Virus record (IMG/VR): IMGVR_UViG_3300045988_162923
Direction: 5' to 3' (one strand)
From: a virus
Length of the DNA: 64,000 nt
Below the pieces are notes generated by a model that was given only the letters and a program-made list of their open reading frames with translations, ran no database searches and was not told where the DNA came from. Positions 59,415 to 64,000 of the stretch are shown here, in pieces (the first letter of the stretch is position 1; every line of letters starts with the position of its first letter). The translations under genes were made by a program, and so were the position numbers.

Positions 59415-60521
59415 ATGTTAGATAGAAAAAATTTAGTCGCTTTAATGAAGACTGTTGCTAAAGCTGATCCTTCTGCTCCTACTGCTTATAGTTTTGGTGG
59501 TCAGAATCTAAGTTATGATGCTTTGAATGACACTCTTCGCGCAGAAATGAATGAATTAGCTGGTACTTATTCACTTTATCGTGATAATAAGAATCAGATT
59601 TTCTCTATGATTGAAGAAACTCTTGATGAAGTTCTTCCAAAGAAAGTTATTCAGCAATATGATCAGTTTGCTGAAGTTAAGACCTTTGCTCAGGGCGATA
59701 AGCCAATTTTCCGTCGTCCATTACAGACTCGTGCTCGCGCAAAGCAGTTCGTAACTCGTGTCGGTCTTGCTGGTATTTATGAAGTATTTAAGCTTGGACC
59801 TGCTGAGAACGAATGCTTCGAAGTTCGTACATCTGCTATCGGCGGAGCCGCTCAGATCGGTTTCGAAGAATTCCTTGATGGTCGTGTTGATTTCGCTGAA
59901 ATGACTAAGATCATTATGGAAGGCATGGACGAACTTATTTACAAAGAAGTTGCTCGTGCTCTTGTTTCTTCTATCAATCAGTTACCACCTGCTAACCGCG
60001 TTGCTGTTGCTGGTTTCGATGAAGCTGCTATGGATAAGTTAATTACTATTGCTCGTGCTTATGGTACTCCTACTATTTATTGTACTTATGAGTTTGCTGT
60101 TAAGATGATTCCACAGGAAGCTTGGAGATACACTGAGGCTATGAAGACTGAGCTTTGGAATACTGGTCGTCTTCCTACTTATAAGGGAACTCAGGTTATT
60201 ATTCTTGAGCAGGGCTTTGAAGATGAAACCAATAGTCGTAAGGTAATTGATCCTGGTTATGCTTGGGTTATTCCTACTGGTGCTGATGGCAAGCCTGTTA
60301 AGATTGCTTTCGAGGGCAATACCATTGTTGATGAATTCCATGGTTATGATCGTTCTCGTGAAATTTAGGTTTATAAGAAGGTTGGCGTTGTTTGCATGCT
60401 TGCTAACAATATTTGCGCTTACTGCGATACTTCACTTGTTGGTCAGATGGCTACTTGGAATTATGATGGTGTCACTGGTAAGGTCGTTACCTATGATGGT
60501 AGATTAGATGGTACAATCTAA
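59415..60521 (+). CDS. Major capsid protein candidate (368 aa); 1 in-frame TAG near C-terminus
   Basis: RBS AAGGAGAG. High-expression codon bias. Followed by the strongest terminator in the window. Track ORF 59415..60368 continues through TAG to TAA at 60519. Confidence 0.5.
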
Positions 60522-60550
60522 TTCATAATTAATATATAAATTTACCTAAT

Positions 60551-60590
60551 GGGGAGAGGGAAATAACTCCCTCTCCCCATTATTTTTTTT
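60551..60590 (+). terminator. Strong rho-independent terminator (GGGGAGAGGG-loop-CCCTCTCCCC + T8)
   Basis: 10-bp G/C stem followed by TTATTTTTTTT. Confidence 0.7.
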
Positions 60591-60611
60591 AAGAGATAAA
60601 GGAGATATAAA

Positions 60612-61205
60612 ATGATTAATCAAACTGATATGTATAATGTTAAGAATAGAAGTTCTAGTGTTGTTGTCTATTCAATTCCAGAAAGTAATTTACGTAGAAC
60701 ATTTGCCCCAGGCGAGTCTAAAAGAATTCCTTTTAGTGAATTAGAGAAGCTAACTTATCAGCCTGGTGGCCGTGAATTAATTGCTAATTTTTTACAGATT
60801 ATGGAAGAAGAAGTTACTCAGGATTTAAATATTCACAGAGAGCCTGAATATAATATGTCAGAAGACCAAGTCCGCGATTTAATTTTAAATGGTTCACTTG
60901 ATGCTTTCTTGGATGCTCTTGATTTTGCTCCAATTGGAGTTATTGATTTAATTAAGAGTCTTTCTGTATCTCTTCCTATTACTGATTTCCAAAAGCGTCA
61001 AGCTCTTTTAAAGAAAACTGGATTTGATGTAGATAAAGCTATTGCTAATGATAAGGCTAGTAAGGAGAGCAATGAATCTTCTAGTATCCTAGAAGATGTA
61101 AGTCCTAATAAGAGAAGAGTTGTTCAGGAAGAAGCTCCTCAAGGCCGCCGCACTGCAGGCAATAACTATAAGGTAATTAATAAAACCGCGGAAACTTCTA
61201 AGTAA
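60612..61205 (+). CDS. Hypothetical structural protein (197 aa)
   Basis: RBS AAAGGAGAT. ORF from the track. Confidence 0.45.
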   Translation: MINQTDMYNVKNRSSSVVVYSIPESNLRRTFAPGESKRIPFSELEKLTYQPGGRELIANFLQIMEEEVTQDLNIHREPEYNMSEDQVRDLILNGSLDAFLDALDFAPIGVIDLIKSLSVSLPITDFQKRQALLKKTGFDVDKAIANDKASKESNESSSILEDVSPNKRRVVQEEAPQGRRTAGNNYKVINKTAETSK

Positions 61206-61225
61206 TAAAAGAAGGGAGCGATTAA

Positions 61226-61807
61226 ATGGGAACACTATTCTCTACTGTATATAATCGCTTTCTAGGAAAAGTTACTGATGATATGTATCTGGAATTAACT
61301 CCATAGGATACTTTAAAAGATTTATAGAATTTGATTATAGATGCTATACCGGGATTTGAATTTCCGCGTAAAAATCTATATGATTATACAATTCAAGTTG
61401 ATACTGTTGATGAAGATAGTACAACTTCAAATGATTTTATTGTAGGTACTTTATGGGGAACTATTCCAGAACCGGGCGAAAAACCTCAAGTCCTAGTAGA
61501 TCGTTCTACTTTTGGATGTGATTTAACTGAAGAAGAAATTAATATTTTAGCTATTTTGATGATGTGCGGTTGGGTACAACGTCAAGTCACTTCTATTGAA
61601 AACACTCGAATGAAATATAGTGGTTCAGATTTTAAATTTACTTCATAGGCAAATCATTTGTCTAAATTATTAAATTTATTATCTGACTGTCAAAGATAGT
61701 CCCATCATTTACAACGTCTTTATAAACGTAGACGTTTAAATGATAAAGGTGAATATGAATCTACATGGGATATGTTTAAACCTGATGAATACAAGTTATG
61801 GTATTAA
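61226..61807 (+). CDS. Head-tail connector/head-completion-like protein (193 aa); 4 in-frame TAG
   Basis: RBS AAGGGAG. Track ORF 61331..61648 extended both ways through TAGs. Confidence 0.4.
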
Positions 61808-61933
61808 TATCCCAAAAGAGAGTGTTGAAAAAAATTGTTTACGCTTAACCAACCAATTATGGAAATTAATTCCAATGCGTGAACATGATGAAGATTGGCA
61901 AAAATAGCTAGAAACTGTCATAAATGAAATCGT

Positions 61934-61970
61934 GGGGTTCAGTGTAATTTTTAGTACTGAACCCCTTTTC
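61934..61970 (+). terminator. Hairpin GGGGTTCAGTG-N10-TACTGAACCCC + TTTTC
   Basis: 11-bp perfect inverted repeat. Alternatively lies inside a small recoded ORF (61875..62093). Confidence 0.4.
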
Positions 61971-62076
61971 TTATAGCTTTTAGGAAAACTTGAAGGCTTA
62001 GATAATCAGGAGACAGAATTTAATTTCTATCGTAAAACTGTTTTTGAAGCTATTAATTTATTATAGGAAATAAATC

Positions 62077-63141
62077 ATGGCATCAGGATATGATTATAGT
62101 AGTTAGCATCCATTTAGATTGATATAGGGACGACTGGGTACATATGATAAACGTCCGTATGAAGGTAACTCTGTTGAAGGCGTGAATGATACTGCGGCAA
62201 GACTGCGTTAGATGGGTGGTAATCTCCAACAAGAACGTATGATAATGTCTAAGCGCAGAAGTTTAGATTAGGCAGTATGGAATTCATATTAGGCTGCTGA
62301 GATTATAAAACCAAAAGCAGCATTAAAAAAACCTATACGTGCTTTAATAAATCCTAATAAATTAAAGCAAGATTATGATGATAAGATTCTTTCTGTTGGA
62401 TATGAATATAATTTTAAACCAGGGGATGTATTTGAGTGGCGTGGTACTCATACTTATTGGCTTATTTATTTACAAGATTTAACTGAACTTGCATATTTTA
62501 GAGGAGATATACGTAAATGTTCTTTTGAAATTAATTGGCAAGATGAAGAAGGTAATGAGCAAAGTACTTATGCGGCTATTCGCGGACCAGTTGAAACTAA
62601 AATTGATTATATTTAGAAACATGGTATTAGTGTAGATAATCCAAATTATACATTAAATATATTAATGCCTAAGACAGAAGAAACTTTGAAATATTTTAAA
62701 CGTTATAGTAAATTTTATCTTTCTCCATATATAGAAGGCGCTGATAAAATATGTTGGCGAGTTGAAGCAATAGATTCTATTAGTATGCCGGGAATATTAG
62801 AAGTTAATGCTACAGAATATTTTGCTAACAAAATTGAAGATGATTTAGAAAAAGGTATTGTTGGAGCATTAATTACTAAACCTATAGATCCAAATGAAAA
62901 TCCTGATTTATATGAAATTTAGGGAGAAACTTTTATTCACCCTAAAAAAGAATATAAATATAATTTTTCTGGTTGGGAAGCTGGAGAGTGGAGTATAGAT
63001 AAAAAATTCCCTGTTAAATATAAAATAGATGATTTTGACCCTCGTGAAATTACAATATATTGGGAGGCAGGATTTAGCGGACAATTTGATTTAACTTATG
63101 GCAATTATAAAAAAACTATTGTAGTTGAATCATTGTTTTAA
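62077..63141 (+). CDS. Tail/structural protein (354 aa); 7 in-frame TAG
   Basis: Track ORF 62665..62922 extended in frame. Continuous with TAG=Q. Confidence 0.45.
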
Positions 63142-63156
63142 AGGAGATAAAGGTGT

Positions 63157-63741
63157 ATGAAAATTGATGGAGTAAAAATACCAAAGTCAAGTTTCTTATC
63201 TATTGAAAAAGATGCAGGCATTATAGTAGATAGAATTTGTGCCAATGAAAGATTAAAACGATTATTATATTATACTACTCCAGATGCAATGGAAAGACCT
63301 AATTTAACTGATGATTAGATGTATGAATTATTTAAAAAGAATATTAAATTAGTACCAAAAGTTTATGTTGATGGTTCTGTATTAAATTATTTAATTATTT
63401 CTTTTGATAAATTTGTAACTAATGAGACTAATCCAGAATTTAGAAATAATCTTATTGAATTTGATATTGTTTGTAATTTTGATTAGTGGCATTTAAAAGA
63501 TTATTAGTTAAGACCTTTCAGAATTGCAGCAGAATTAGATAGTATATTAAGTGATACTCATTTAACTGGTATTGGTAAATTAGAGTATGTTGATGCTGAA
63601 CTTTTTGTTTTAAATGATTATTATGGTGGAGTCTGTTTAACTTATTAGGCTATCCATGGTGAAGAAGATAAAAAGAGAATGCCTAATCCAATAGATGATG
63701 AAAAATTTTTAAAAGATTTTGAGGAAATGAATAGTAAATAA
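63157..63741 (+). CDS. Structural protein (194 aa); 4 in-frame TAG
   Basis: RBS AAGGAGATAAAGGTGTATG. Stop TAA overlaps the next ATG (TAATG). Confidence 0.4.
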
Positions 63742-64000
63742 TGGATATACGATTGGCACTTATGTGTGGAACTGATATTCCAGTTCCTGAAATACAATCA
63801 ATTATTCATTAGCCTAAAATCCGTGAAATTGCTTATATTGGAGAACAAGACTTTTTTATAGGGATGTAGTGTTTTTGTATTAACAAAGATAATTTACATA
63901 TAAACGAGGGCGAAAGTCTTTTAAGGAATACAAGTAATTTTTAGATATTTATGACAATGATGTAGGAAAAGGAAATGGCAGATAAAAAATATGCTACTCG
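63741..64000 (+). CDS. Structural protein, 3'-partial (runs off window end); TAG-recoded
   Basis: MDIRLALMCGTDIPVPEIQSIIH-Q-PKIREIAYIGEQDFF... Confidence 0.35.

Noticed and set aside
50742-64000. Late genes as pseudogenes or a sequencing-error-ridden region
   Set aside because: Interruptions are exclusively TAG (never TAA/TGA or frameshifts). They occur in every late gene at ~1 per 50-100 codons. They fall inside conserved motifs and alternate with CAA at the same motif position in paralogues.

Overview
This 64-kb window looks like part of a large, low-GC (roughly 30%) tailed-phage (Caudoviricetes) genome with three clear compartments.

(1) Positions 1–8450 are a dense minus-strand tRNA array of at least 20 tRNA or tRNA-like genes. 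It is interleaved with HNH homing-endonuclease genes, an AAA+ ATPase, and many near-identical sigma70-type consensus promoters (TTGATT-N17-TATAAT with a conserved leader).

(2) Positions 8.4–50.5 kb are a long minus-strand 'early' region of standard-code genes. Each is typically its own unit with a consensus promoter on the right and a hairpin terminator on the left. Products include Cys-rich paralogues, an M42-like peptidase, a metallophosphoesterase, a DnaQ-like exonuclease, HD and HAD hydrolases, AbrB/SpoVT-like regulators and a SleB-like lysin. Within it, a compositionally distinct GC-richer sub-module (about 31.9–47.8 kb) consists of very small genes, each behind a perfect TTGACA-N17-TATAAT promoter.

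(3) Positions 50.7–64 kb are a plus-strand late/structural module (TerL, portal, scaffold, capsid, connector/tail proteins). Its reading frames are continuous only if TAG is translated, i.e. stop-codon recoding.

TAG is most likely read as Gln (genetic code 15-like). It alternates with CAA at a conserved Gln of a DGxQH nuclease motif. The same recoding is used by a family of Zn-ribbon + HNH or PD-(D/E)XK homing-endonuclease genes scattered through the early and tRNA regions.

The most unusual feature is that several tRNA genes carry large insertions in the anticodon loop. Two insertions are 66–80-nt nested tRNA-like mini-helices ending in an encoded CCA. One is a ~610-nt insertion that contains a complete recoded HNH endonuclease gene.

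Iteron-like direct-repeat arrays flank a recoded winged-helix gene at 28.6–29.8 kb, which is a putative origin or regulatory hub. No CUA-anticodon suppressor tRNA could be identified inside this window. Coordinates are from hand analysis and should be treated as approximate to within a few nucleotides.
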